Of a stretch of 64,000 nucleotides of DNA, positions 31,198 through 44,885 are shown piece after piece. Each line of letters begins with the position of its first letter. The first letter of the stretch is position 1. The notes beneath the pieces were generated by a model, which saw nothing but the letters and a program-made list of their open reading frames with translations, searched no databases and was not told where the DNA came from. Source of the stretch: Massalongia carnosa. Taxonomy: Eukaryota. Both the position numbers and the translations under genes were made by a program. The stretch is taken from assembly GCA_965645245.1 (NCBI GenBank), contig OZ287075.1, positions 558,001 through 622,000 on the forward strand, in the 5' to 3' direction.

Positions 31198-32912
31198 CGT
31201 TGTGACATCAGCTACAGCCGACCCATGCGAGAAAAGCTATCAAAGTTTCAAAGAAGGAAAACCCTCATCGAGGGGAAAAAAACCTTCATCTATATACCTA
31301 CACGTGATCGCTCGACCTCACTTCGCGAATGCTACGTTTCGCCAGCGCCACGTCTACGACACACATGCAAATTTAATATATTAATGCGACGATAATAGAT
31401 ATAATGCGAGGTTGTGAGTAAAAGGGTCATTTTTTGAAGGATATGAGAGTATTTTGCTGCGTTCTCATTTCTTCTATTTATCAGCGACTTGCTCAGTTGT
31501 CGCCCTGTCGCCCACTTTTTGTTTTTACCAACCACCTGGTTTTGAATTAATTAGACTGCCACCGCCTATTTTTGGCTTTTATTTCTTGGTCATTGATTTC
31601 TCGCGCCGCCTGATTTTGATTCCGACAGTCTGTTTTTTGTTCATTTTTGGCCTTATTGCCGCCTTGTTCTAGTCATCTATGACTACACACCGTCTCTACT
31701 TCCGTTTTGCCTCCCTCCCATCGCCGCCTTGGTTTCCAGTTGCCACCGTCTTGGTTTCGATTTACCGTTACCTAACTCTTGATTGTTTCCAGTTGGTGCC
31801 ACTTGATTCTCGGCATTCGTCTATCTTCTTCCTGCCTCAATCGTCTCTACTTGTTGTTCCATTAAATCGTTGTCTTTATAGCTGGAGCTGCAAGAATGAA
31901 CGATAGTTGAGTAATGAGGATGAGGATAAGGGGTGAATCAGATGAGGGTAAGAGTTTAAACCTAAATAGAGAGGTATAACTGTAGTGCGGAGAATAACAT
32001 GAACTAATAGATAGGAAGATTTTCATCAAGGACGGTTTTTATGATCAGAATGGAATCATAAGTAGTGAAAATGAAGGCACGGAGATGGGACTATAATAAG
32101 TTTTTGATTTAATCGTACTATCTTATATTCAATCTAACCCATTTCATTCCTATAAATGGGTTACCTAGCCTCTAGCGCAAAAATCGCAGTACCGATCCCC
32201 TCCCCCCCCCCCTCAAGGCCAGCCGGCCCTCCTGTTGCTAGGTTTTTATGGACAGAAGAGGCTTTACCAACGCCGAGTTCTAGAGAGGGTGAATGAGAAA
32301 AATCGAGCAAGGGATAGCAGTACGCAAATTCAAAATTACTAGCGGCCCTTAAGCCTCTCTATCTTGAATTGGCTTACAGGTGATTTTTCTCGCAGCTCAT
32401 TAGGGTAGCATTGAATGAAGGGTGAAGCTGACAGGTCCTCCTGCTTTCACCGCTTATCATAACCCCCATTTTGTTCTCATACGTCACAGGCGCTTTGGGT
32501 GCTCCAAGTCTTGTCCTACTTTGTTTCTCCATACATCGCTCTTCATCTTAGGGACAGGAAGACCAGTAACCGGGGGATGGAGGATTGGGAAGATAGTAGG
32601 ATAAGAGGTATGGTGAACTTAGATACAGAGGTGAAACGTAGTGAAGACAGGTTTTTAAATTTGTACACAAAAATGTGTAGTGAAGTTTTGGCAGAATCTA
32701 AGATAGCTGAAATTCATTGTATTTCAATACGACTATATTAAAAAGAAAGGTTTCTAAGAGGGAAACCTAGACAATTTATATATCATCGTCAAGGTCGCGC
32801 CGGGGTTCACAGCTCTGAACAATAATTATAGGACTGTTTGACCGGTGATAAAAAAAAACGAAACGAAAAGAGATTATTGCGATTTAATGGTTGGCCAGGC
32901 ATTTGTGTATAT

Positions 32913-33232
32913 TGTTATGCTAAACCGCGAATTTGTTCATCATAAACTTCATTCTCCAACGTCCTTGGGCATATGCTCTAGCTAGGCCGGACAACGATAG
33001 AATGTACTTGCCTCGAAAGGGTGGCGTCCTACGTACAGGTTAGGAGTATATAACCAGTCAAGGAATGAATATGATAGATCTAAACTAAACACTAGATGAT
33101 TAGCCCATGTTGATTAATCCCGATTTGGGGAAGTCTATACTGTGACTATGCAATTGGAGAGGCAGGCTGATGAAGTATAGAATAGAAGTTGAGGCACCAG
33201 GAGTTCGCCTCATACAAAAATTGAACGTAACA
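32913..33232. mobile_element. Possible solo LTR
   Basis: TGTTATG...CGTAACA termini and an internal TATATAA. Flanks do not form a TSD. Confidence 0.3.
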
Positions 33233-33414
33233 TGAGAGAATCACGAACAAGCTTGAGGATTTTGCCTCAAGTTTCTCTACACCCTAATGCTTAGTCAAGT
33301 CACGAAATGTTGATAAAGAGCTGAAGTGTTGAAAGGGGAAATTCTCAAGCGAAAGCGATTGCGTGTTGCAGACTCCTTTAGACTGGGAACGCCGTCGTGT
33401 GTGCAGTATGCATG

Positions 33415-33887
33415 ATGATGATGATGATTGATTCTTGTACCGATCTGACACCGGCCGAAGGCCGGCCCATGCGGGCTATCTACTTATTCTTACAGGGAAA
33501 ACCTTTTAAAGGGATAAAAACCATGCAGACTGCGCCATTATCCCAAACGTGTTCCGTTTCTGGACTGCATTCTTCGCTCGATGTTCTGTGAAATCCTTGA
33601 CAAAATGAGAGTTATCGCTCGTATAACAGTTGCGATACTAGTGAAAATTGGGTCAGCAAATTTGCTTTTATTATCCATGTGGTTAGTTTTTTCAACATTT
33701 TCGACGAGCTCATGATCGTTCGATAGTCGTTGGTGCCTATTTGTTTTAGCACTTCGTATCTGCCGTCGATTAGCCTGCAATGTAGAATAATGTGTTTGGC
33801 TGTCTGCTTCTGCCATCCGCACGAGCAGGCCGGGGTCATAACGCCCGGTACCCGACGATTGAACAGGAGTTTGCCAAGCCTATTTTT
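33415..33887 (-). mobile_element. 5'-truncated Tad1-like LINE with (ATC)n tail
   Basis: ORF2 C-terminal zinc knuckle LFNRRVPG..CSCG..QTAKHIILHC...QFSL. (ATC)n tail at 33412-33428. Perfect 13-bp TSD TGCAGTATGCATG at 33402-33414 and 33888-33900. Confidence 0.85.
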
Positions 33888-35417
33888 TGCAGTATGCATG
33901 TATGTTCTTGAATAAAAGACAAAGGGGAAAGCAGACAGTTATAGACGTTTAAAGATAGTATCTGCACCATCGATTTTTTAGCTCTTGCTCAGTGGAGATA
34001 ATATTTGGTACAAGAATCATACCTACGTAATCATGCAAGTGATATAACGGACTGGATGTCTAACTGTATAGACACCGAGAACAGAGATCTCTATTGACAA
34101 ATTATCCGGATTGTTGGACTGCACAGATATTAAAATGCAAAAGGAATTGGTTCAATATGGAGACATCGAATTGGAGTGTACGTTAGGGGACAATTCAATG
34201 AAAACAATGATATACTCTGTCTCTTGCAATACCTGCGCTGCTGTAGACTCTGTGGCAGTTTGCTTCGCCAAAGAGTTCACAAAGTTGTGGTATCTTTGAT
34301 GATTCGGGAGAGCCATTGACGTGTATAATGTTCTGAAACCGAATCTCTGCGAATACGATGGCGGACGGGATAGTACGACTCCACCGATACGGATCAACCT
34401 TCTTCCTCCTGGTCGCCATAGCTATCCAAGATTAGCGCGGTATGCTATGTACGCCAATCCGGTTGAGGGTCTTCGTCATTGACGTTCAGGTTGAAGAATA
34501 TGCTATTTGGAGCTTCTATCATTGAAACGTCATCGTTATCATCATCATCCTTGTATTTAGACCCGGAATTCCCTCAAACCCCGGAGTCACCTTGAGTATC
34601 TGAGACTTCATGAAAACGGGAGTAACTGAGCTCAGAGGCCAGGCCACGGACAAAACAGTTTGTGCCTTATGGAAATCCCACCGCAGCTGTAAAATAACTC
34701 ACAGGTGACATGATATGTACAGGAAAAACCTCTCAGCGTTCCTGGAGAGGAAGGTGCTCGAGAGCGGCTCCGGAAAGCAGGTATGTTCCCAACCACATAG
34801 GGGGGACTGAATTAAATATTAAAACTATCACAGGCTGAGATGATGATGTAATAGAGGTGAAGAAAAGTTTGGTTGGTATTTCAAGTATCTTGATTGAGTA
34901 CATTCGTCATTGTATAAGAACGGTTAACGTTTCTTGAGTTGTCATATAGTAAACCAATGGTTCTGTGGGGCCAAGCGAGTTAGGGCAAGACGAGCAATTC
35001 ACAAAGAAACTAGCTTATTTCGGTGAGATCACACAAATACATTATTGAATGTAGTATTTCTTATCTTTTCTTCATCATACAAACATCCTGTGCCCTCATG
35101 CTTACCAATGCACTCATACCAAGTTCTCACGCAAGTGAAGAGGTCTTCTTTCTTGGGTTAGAAGATTACTGTCTTCCTCGTCAGTCTGACTGCGCATCGG
35201 CGTTAGTTAAATTACGTGATTGTTCTCTTTCCCACGTCGGTATCAGCTGCGTGATTCCTCTCTCCCGACGTCTCATCATCAACCCAACCCCCACGCTTTT
35301 GGGATTTCATCTCTTCCGGATGAAATAGACGTTAAAGACACGAGTCAAACCGAATTGCCATCGTCTCCCGTCTCACAACAGGACCCCACATCTTGCATTT
35401 AAGACCAGTGCAGCTCT

Positions 35418-37500
35418 ATGGCAGGCCTTGCTCGATGCACAGCCTAAACCTGAGAAGCTAGAGCTGAGGCACTTACAGCTGAAGTGGCTCACGGCTAATC
35501 ACTTATAGAAGGAAGCAGCCAAAAATGCACGCTTCCGGCAAAAACAGAAGGATACCGTAGCAACTGCAGCAGCCGAAAAGAAGCGAAGGCTTACTCTAAG
35601 CCCTCAAGCAGCAAGCAAGAAAGCTCGCCCCGCATCTCAGTCCATGCTTCAGGACATCCACATCCACAAAGCGAACCGATTTGCTATCAAATTCCAGGAC
35701 GAATCTATCGTAGGCGACCTATTCAAGACCTATAATGGCTATGCGGTACATCTTTTCGTTGACGGAGGCCGTTTTGGTACTCTTTATTGACTATCATCAA
35801 AGGTCAATAAGAACAGCTTGAATGAATCTCTCTCGTTCCGTCGAGAAGAAATTGATATTCGTATCGTTACATAGTATCCGGGCGTCTAGATTCAGGATCA
35901 ATGAATGTTGAATGGTTTCATTACGGGCAAGGTGAAAAATCAACCCTCAAACTCCATCTATAGCCTGACGGCGTTCCAAAGCAGTATGACCAATGAGATC
36001 CTTGAAAAATTTATGTTTTTGCTGTTTGAAAGCCATGCTCATCTGATCAAGTCACCGAGTGAGACACAAAAGGAAGACATGGGCCCGCCGCTCGTCGACC
36101 TGCTGACGAGACTTTTCACTGCTAAAGGCTCTTATACTTTGTTGTCTGGTTTTCCCTTCGCAGCTTGACAGTGCAAAGTTTCGAGAAGGAGAGCCTGTCA
36201 TTCTTCCGAAATGCGTATAACCTGAGAGTGCCGCCGCTCTATCAGTACGGGGACGATATTTTGCGGCCGGACATGAGCCTGGCGCCCATATAAAATTTCC
36301 AGAATTAGAATAGTATGTACCGCAACTATTCAAAGTCATGGAACACAGCTATCCGCAGCTTCACTCAGGAGGAATCCAAGGAGCCAACATATTTCCAGCT
36401 GCCTGCGGAAAACTATGTGGAAGACAATGGACGAGTTCTAGATATACAGTCTACATATTATACACGACGCTCAATTCACTTAAGGGCGGATAGCTTACCT
36501 TCCGCTAAGGTCGCACGGAATATTTATCACACGTCTACCAGGGTTTACCGTCGAAGATAAGAGGTTGAACGGCAACTACAAACACCTTAGTCGGGAGCAA
36601 CTCGAGTTCAACAAGCCATGTTATGCGTACGTCTGGATGACACCTGACAAAAATGACTCAAAAAGAAGCTGTGCCAGAATCTGGCAGTCTCGTCAGGGTG
36701 ATGTGGGACAATTCGGGTGGTGAAATGTGGCACGGCGACGTGGTCAACTGCGAGTAGGTGGGTCTAAGAGCAACAGGCACTGACTTATGCATAACTCTTT
36801 CCAGACTAGCCAATGCCCTAGACAGAAAAACGCACTCTGTGCTGCGCAATCTCCCAGACCCGGAGTTTCATCAGGTTCATATTGAGGTTAACTATAATGC
36901 CGGACCTGCGAAAAGAGAGTTGCAAAGCGTCCATGATCTTTGCAATCTTAAGAGCGGTAATCCCAATCTCGCATACTTTCAGCAAGCCTTTGTATCTGAT
37001 CCGGCAAAACACACAATAATCGATTGTGATCTCACCTTGGACGTGCCTCCAAGCGAAAAGCATCAGGATCACTACAGAGGAGGGTCAACAAACTTGAGTA
37101 TTAAAGGGATGTAGGATTCAACTTGCAGCAGCTTGCAGTCTTGAGGTCTCTAATGAAGATCAAGAACTCGAAATTGCTCATTCAGGGATGCCCAGGCATC
37201 GGCAAGACGAAGACGAGTGCGGTACAAATATGGCTTCTCCTTGAAGTTGACTATAAGATCCTGCTCGTTGCATCGAGCAACGGAGCCGTGGATGCAAGCG
37301 CCAGGGCAGTATTGAAGAACCGGCCTACCGATATGAGCCACAAGAAGCTGCTCCGCTTGGAGATTGCTCCTGTCGAGCCCGAAGCGCTCGTAAGGACCAA
37401 TAGGAGCGATTTTACCAAGGAGCTGGTGAAGCTATACTGAATTCTTACCCTCTACTTGTCACCTGCCACTGCCTGCACCGAACACATATCGACTCTCAAG
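35418..37500 (+). pseudogene. Upf1/DNA2-NAM7-like SF1 helicase relic, N-terminal part
   Basis: LIQGCPGIGKT (motif I) and ILLVASSNGAVD (motif Ia) at 37123-37440, preceded by stop-riddled coding-like sequence. The start is approximate. Confidence 0.6.
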
Positions 37501-38390
37501 CGCCGAAAAAGCGTCCTATCGGGCATATGATGATTGAGCGGTTGCGTAATACATGTTCGTTGGACGATGGCTTGTGGGCTATGGGTGAAACCACGCGCTT
37601 AGGGTGTATTTGGTTCTCGTCTATGGAGAACGATGTATCGCATGCTGCTGGAAATCATGACAGAGCGCATATCCTTTGATTTCTTCTTTCCCTCACCGTC
37701 CTCCCCCTTCAACTATATTCTGTCCTATCCTATACCCTTCTCAACCCCCAACAGTTATATATTCAAGGGTTTTCGGGTGCCCGTGCCTAAAACATTGATT
37801 AAGTTTTATCTTGGTCATCGCTAATGTCTTGTGACTTGTTGATATACCTTCGCCTTGGAGCCCTTTCCCTCCCTGCGTTTTCCTCCGCCCCCCCCTTTCA
37901 CTTTGTATTTCTAAACGATCGGTCGACATTAACAGTCGTATAAGTTTTTAAAGTGGGCGGATTGCTCTCAAAGATTCAGGCAGTGGCCTATTTCGCATAA
38001 ACACAATATAGATTCGCTAGCTCGATGAGAAGTAAATAGTATAAACATCTAGGAGAATCTCTTCCTTGTTAAATAGAATCGGTGACTTGACTTAAATGGT
38101 TAAAGACCATCTCTACCCGTCCTCGTTTAGATATGTCTCATTTTCCTTCCGTGGAACTAAGAACTAATCATTAACGCCGAAGGCTGAGCAAACTTCTTCT
38201 TGTTCGATTCTTTATTTAGGGGGAAGCGACGGACGGGATTTGTGCTAGAGTTGAAATTTAGATGCCGAGGCAAAGAAACATGGCCCGCGAACTTCGCCAT
38301 GGTAAGGCTTCAATGGAGAACGCTAGGTGTTAGCGCATCAAAAGCCCCCTAGGAGAAATATATGAAATTTAGTATATGGCAAATACCCCC

Positions 38391-39568
38391 TCACGCCCGA
38401 GGTTCACTAGCTTCCCCCACCTTGGGTACATCGTCGCTCTTCTCGCCTGCAGCCGCCATCTGCCATGCCGGAATCGCTGCCCTAGCCTGATAGCTTCCAG
38501 AGCCCTCCCGCTTCACGGCAGCCGCCGGCCCATCATCCTGAGCATCGCCATCGTTCCTCCCAGGCGCGGGAAGACTGTTAGAGCTAGACTTGTCTCTGGC
38601 CGAGAATCCCGTATAAGGCCGTCCCACCTGTTGCGGCGCCGCCCCGGCGCCCACCCTATTCCCTATCAACTTCTTCAAGCTCCTCAACTCGGTTCCAAGA
38701 TCCTCCAACTTGCTGTCACCGGCTGCTTTCCAGCCTTCGAGCGCTTTTGGTATTGATTCTTTCAGACCCTGAACCTGATCCGCGAGGATGCTTGACTCGG
38801 CTTCTCGTCTCGAGTTAGCAGCTTTGAGGTCGGCAAGGACGGAGTCAACGTCTTGGAGGGTGGCGTCGAGTTTCTCAGTACGTTCGGCTTCTGAGGATTT
38901 CAGCGCTGCGGTGTCGATCGCTAGTTGATCAATTAGGGCAAAGGCGCGTGAGAACGCTTCGTCAATAGAAGCTTTGTCGGAGGCGAGCTGTGGGGGTGTA
39001 GGAGGGGATATTAAGGGAAGGATATAACGCTGTGCGTGTTAGGTTGTTCAAGAAGAGTGAAGACGGGGAATACCTTTGCGACCACATAGAGACCGTAACT
39101 GACGCCAGTTGAGACCGTGGCAACTATGAACCAATCTCGCCAATCTCGGCGCGGAGGTCTTTTTTTTTTAGCGGTGGATCATTCTTTCTCTTGGGTTACT
39201 CACTCTGGCAGCCCCCAAAGCCCTTGGTATGATCCATATTCATACCCAGCCGGCCGTCTTATCTGTTGATTTGAATATTCGTAGCTTTGTTGCGTTGCTG
39301 GCGGGGGTATTGATGAACCATCTCCAGCTCTTGCCAAAGACACATCAATCTCTTCTTGTGTCAGGTTTTTGGAACGTAGAAAGGATATCCGCTGTTCGAG
39401 CGCGGATGAGACAACGGAGGGATCTTGAAGGACTATATGTGGTCAGACACCGAATCTCGCAGTACCGATTCCATTAACTTACAAGAAACCTATATATTAG
39501 TTAGTAACAAGTACTCTCTAATAAATAGCGAGCCCTACGGCGGAAGTAACCAGATTTTCTCGGACCAT
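38391..39568 (-). CDS. PEX14: Peroxisomal membrane anchor Pex14
   Basis: Spliced MVRENLVTSA-VSF-LQDPSV...RISFLRSKNLTQEEID (Pex14_N), then RDWRDWFIVAT, a coiled coil and C-terminal IPAWQMAA. Includes a 7-nt micro-exon. Confidence 0.9.
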
Positions 39569-39815
39569 GACAGCAGATTTCATGAGTTACTAGGAGAACT
39601 CACCTGTGTAAGAAGAAAAAGGCAGAAATGGCCTCGGTTCGCGCAAAGTCGCCTGACAAGGCTTAGCGACCTCGCAACAAATCAGCGTGTTTGTTTACTT
39701 CATGTCTGTTGTCGCAACTCATCTTTGGGGATTGCTTTGATTCAAGCTGCCAACCAGCCTTTGTGATTCCGTACGCAACAGTGCGCTATAACTCCCTGTA
39801 TTTTGAATATCAAAT

Positions 39816-42314
39816 ATGTCACAAGACACAGGCTTGTTCAGTGTGCGCCGGCCAAGAGAGGTAAGTTCTCAGAATTCTCCCAGCTTCGCTGCTAATTCCT
39901 TTAGACCCTTGGGAACCTCAATTACAACTCGGCGATTCCCCAACCAGCATCCGCTCTCAAACGCTCAAACTCCAGCTCCAATCTTAAAGATCTTCAATCC
40001 ACCGCCCCCCATACCTCCCACCATGCTCGCTCCATTTCTTCCTCACGCATGTCTCTCGCGCCGAATCGCCCGCAACAGCCTTCGTTCCAACGCTCCTTGT
40101 CGGGCAACAATTTTGCTGAGTTCAACAGACCCTCCACCATTCAGCGGACTTCAACCAACGGTTTTGGTAATGCCGCTTCGAGCAGCAGGATGAGCTACGC
40201 ACCCGGAAGCGCAATCACATCGCGCGTGCAGCCCATGAGCGGCTCTGAAAGCTTGCAGAGAAGAAGTAGCGTGTATTCCAGGCCTTCGTCCACCGGACCC
40301 ATGGGCCATCAGTCATTTTTCGCGCAAGGCCCGATCCCAGCAAGCGCCCCTCAAGATCCAAGACCGCTCAGGAATAGTACATATCAGGCGAAGATTGGGC
40401 AGGAATTATTGGATTACCTTACGCAAAATAATTTTGAGCTTGAGATGAAGCACTCTTTACGCCAGAACATGCTGAAATCGCCAACTACAAACGACTTCAA
40501 CATGGTCTTTCAGTGGCTTTATCATCGGCTTGATCCGGCGTACCGATTCCAAAAGACTATAGACGTAGAAGTCCCTCCGATCCTCAAACAGCTAAGATAC
40601 CCTTTCATCAAAAACATTTCCAAAAGCCAACTCGCGGCCCCAGGAGGGCAGAACTGGTCAACTTTCCTCGGGCTGCTTCACTGGATGATGCAGCTGGCGC
40701 AAATGCTGGACCGATACGGGGGTGGAGAGTACGATGAGGCATGCGCGGAAGCTGGTATCGATGTCAGCGGCGATAGGATCATTTTTCGGTTCTTATCTGG
40801 GGCATATCGAGACTGGCTGCAGGTGGACGATGGCGATGACGAGAACGACGACGCAGATAAGCTGCTTGTACCTCATGTAGCTGCAATGGCGGCGGAGTTC
40901 GAACGAGGTAACCAGCGGTATTCAGAGGAAATGAAGATCCTCGAGGCGGAGCATGCAGCACTGAGCCAGCAAGTTGAGGAAGCGGAGAAAGGCGCGCCTG
41001 ACCTCGCTAAGCTGGAGAAACATTTTCAAATCCTCGAAGACGATAAGCGCAAATTTGAAGACTATAACGCCAACGTTGAAGGCAAGGTAGAGAAATATGA
41101 AACGAGGATCAAGTTCCTAAACGAGGAGATTGAAAGAACGGAGGCCGAACTACGGGAAGCAGAGCAAGAAAAGACCAACTTGCAGGAATCCGTCGACCGA
41201 CAAGGCATCACCATCCAAGCCATCGACCACATGAACACGGAGCGTGAGCGCCTGCAAAAAGCTGTTGAAGTCACCTTGGTCCGGCTTGAAGAAGTCAAAA
41301 AGAAATCCGCGGAGCGAGAAGCCGAAGCTAATCGAACGCTCGAAGAACTCGAACGCGGGGTAGAGAGATACAACTCCCTTTGCTACCAAATAGGTCTCAT
41401 CCCCTCGACGGCATCTAATGCCAATGGCGCCGACTATGAGCTCCGCCTCTCCGCCAGCACCGCCCCGGCGTTTTCCAGCTCCCAAATGGGGGCATCGCAG
41501 CATGGCAATAGCGATCGCCTGCTTGCCGATCCAGGAACCGGCTATCACCCCGCCCATCTCCTCAACATCGACCTTAGAGGCACCATCAAGGCGCAACTTG
41601 TAAGCCTGCGCAAGGAGATCAACGAGCGCCGAGGCGCAGCCATCGACGTCGACATGAAGAACCAGGAACTGCTTGATTCTATCAAGGAGGCCATTGACGA
41701 CAAGAAAAGCGAGGTGGAGACGCTGCAACATCATGTACGAGCCGCGGAGGAGGAGTTTGAAAGGACGCGAGAAGTTTGTATTCATGAGGTGTTTTTTCTC
41801 GGGTAGACCTTGCTAACTCATCGATAGGTCACCTCGACGCAAAAGCTCGCCTCGGACGCGCAGATCGAGAAGATGGAAAAGGAGCTGGCCAAGATGCGCG
41901 CGGGGTTGACGGAGAGCGTGCAGCTGATGGAGCAGCGAGAAATGAACACGAATATTGAGTTCGTTGCCCCTCCTTCCCCACCCCCTGGGATTTTCTTGTT
42001 CTCCTTCTCTTTCCTCGCATTTTCCCCCTCTCTCTCTCACTTTATTCACTTACAGCCTGACTAAGCTTAACAGACACGAACAACTCACTCTCCGTGCTGA
42101 CGCCCTGCGCGAAGAACTGCACTCCAAGACCGAGCGCATCCTCAACGACATCATCCGCTTCAAGGTGCACGTACAGAAGAGCCTGGAGGATCTTGAGGGT
42201 CTGGTGGTGGAGGAGGTGGAGAGGGAGTTAGGGGGAGAAGATGGGGGGGAGGGAGGTGGGGATGGGGATGGGGATGGGGATGGAGAAAGGGGTGATGGGA
42301 TTAGAGGAGATTGA
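39816..42314 (+). CDS. NDC80: Kinetochore protein Ndc80/HEC1
   Basis: [15 protein letters not shown] start, [37 protein letters not shown], long coiled coil, final exon [17 protein letters not shown]. Three introns. Confidence 0.93.
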
Positions 42315-44184
42315 GTGGGGTTTGATGGGCCGGAGGGTTTGGGATCGGGGATGAGGTTTATGTACAGGCGTTGGCTTCTTGGGAAGGGATCGAGGCTTCG
42401 AGCGCACGGGGGTTACTGTTATTTCCCTTTTTGCGAGCGTTATTAACTAGCTAGAAGGGATGAGCGATAATGATGATCGCGATTCAGTACATTCTCTCTC
42501 CAAGTTTGTGATAACCAGGGTTTTACTCGCTACGCCGGCGTTCAATACCGACGACGATGTCATTAGTTACCCCACCGTCTGACGCTATCGTCGTACAGTA
42601 ACATGTAATTAATGTTTAGTATCAAATAGCTAGGCTAGCCCTAACTTTCATAGGAATAACCGGCCCTGCCTCCGCATTATGTACCGATCATTCCGACTCT
42701 AGACCTTATGGCTAAAAACATCTCGGGCAGCTTCTTTCACCTTTATCATCGTCTCCTTCCCCCTTTTCATCCCCTCGTTCATCTGCTCACCCGCCTCACC
42801 CTTCTCGTCCTTCTCGTCCTTCTCGTCCTTCTCGTCCTCCCCGTCCTCCCCGTTTTCCTTGTTTCCTCCGCTCAATGCCGTGTCTATCATCTACTGCCTG
42901 TCGACTTCGCGCCTCGTGTTCAAATCTAAAGGGATTTCACCAAGTGGACTTCTCAAATTTAGTCTCTCGTTGACTTCGCTTTTTATTCTTCGCACCAATC
43001 GGACAGCCTCATGTTTTCACAATGACGAGATTTTGAATCTTTAAAAGGAGATCGATTTCGGACGAAGGATCATTTCGATCTTCCTCGCTCGAGGATATAG
43101 CCTCGCGAGTTGAATAAACACGAGACGGAGTAGAAGCATAAGATATAGATTCGCGAGAAGTATCACGATATCTAGCGATTGACTCAACAAGCATATCATC
43201 AGAAAGTTCTAGATAGTCAGGCTAGTTCTTCATTATAAATGGTCGTGTTAGATCGAGAGTTGAAACAAGAAAAAAATTAATCTAGGGGCGGAGCCTTTAG
43301 CTTCATACTGTTAAGAATGAGGCTGAAGAATGAAGGAGAGAGAATCAATATGTGGATGAAAGTTACCGTAAAGTCCCCCCCTCGGGGGAGGGGGTTGTAG
43401 CAGCATAACAAAGGGGCGTAGCGATAGCGAGATCCTTAATACAAGGGCCATGGTGAGTCGAGTAATTTGGTGGTCACAGAGAAAGCAGTTGGATTCGTGT
43501 ACGCTGAGATCTCCTACCACTACCTCAGATTGATAGTGACAACCTCCAACTTATCCTCCACATTCTCGCTCTAATCCGTTTATAGCTTCGGCGACGTTGG
43601 AGGCAATGCCAAATTTTTCATAGTAGATGGTGGTCATGAGATCGTGACCTGTTTCGATTTGGGTCCATGATCGTTTTGCCGCGTTGGTTGGGGTCAGCCT
43701 CCTTCGCATCTTTCTTGGCTCATTGCGTCTGCTTCGCTTTTAGCGACTGTGATCCTCTTGTGCCTTGGGCTGCAGTGTAGGCGTTAGATAGCTCAACAAC
43801 ACGTGATACAATGTTTGTAGATTTCCGATAGACCTGTTGGTGCAGATGGATGATGATGTGTGTGTGTTTTTTGTCCACAAGGCGTGCAGAAAATCCTACC
43901 TAACCTGTGTGCGCTAGTAAACTAGTGCAACACTGCAACAGGGAGGCCAGTTGGGCGAATTACCTCAAAAAGACCGACCCTGGTTCCGTTGGCATGGGGA
44001 TAGGCTTACTATGCCTCTGCTAGACGATTCTGTACATGAATATCAATTAGAGTTCCTCTGCCATTCTGCATCGCGCTTTTGTTCTATCGAGAAAGCCTAG
44101 CCCACTCATGGGCTGCCATAGGATGGGTATCAACCGACGATAAGTAAGTGCAAATTAGATTCTGTTTATGAGCATCAAGGGTAA

Positions 44185-44885
44185 ACGCAGCAATTATTTA
44201 GTTGACCCGGGCGTCGATGGACAGGTTCCTTGGATGAAGCTGCTGATCGTCTCCGATTAGCACGGCCGCTTGCATCTTCTCCGCGTTTCACCATTGGCAT
44301 CTAAACGCGTGACTCCATCTCCATCGCTGCTCCATTCTGAATAACCGACCTTTTCGCCCGCTGTTGGTTGCCGATCAACCTCTGGAGTTGGCCGATGACG
44401 ATGAAAGCGTCGTGGGTCCGGGTAAGGGACATGCTAACCCGATTGCAGTTCGTAGCATGCCCCGAAAGTCTACCATATTTGCCGCTAGATTCGTCATCCG
44501 AACGATCGGTATCATCCTTAGCTTCGCTAGTGGGGGCTACGCGACTGCTTGGCAGATAAAATATCAAAAATCCCGATTCTGGCCTTTTTGCCTCGAAAGC
44601 TATCGACGGCAGATATTTGTAGCTTTCCATTATCGCCCTTGTCAACTGCCCTGGTAATGGCCTTCTTCTGGTCTGCATAAAACGTCGGAACAAAAACATC
44701 TTATTTTCTATAATATAAGCAATACTCCGGGCAACATGGACAAGCATGCAAAGGCCACCTTGCCGTCCTGAACGGTAGCTACCATATTCCCTGCACATCA
44801 TTCGGCGCATGGCTGGACTGTATGTATCAGTCTCTTGGGTTCCAGCTGGGTTGTGGGTGAGTTGGCCTCCGTAAAAGTAGTTCAA
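44185..44885 (-). pseudogene. Upf1-like SF1 helicase relic, C-terminal motifs
   Basis: FYGGQL (motif IV-like), NRVSMSLTRTHDAFIVIG (motif VI-like), and AVLIGDDQQLHP (motif III-like) near 44230-44270. Confidence 0.55.

Noticed and set aside
42699..43240. Short ORFs with 9-bp repeats (EKD)n
   Set aside because: Low-complexity, probably decayed sequence with no recognisable domain.
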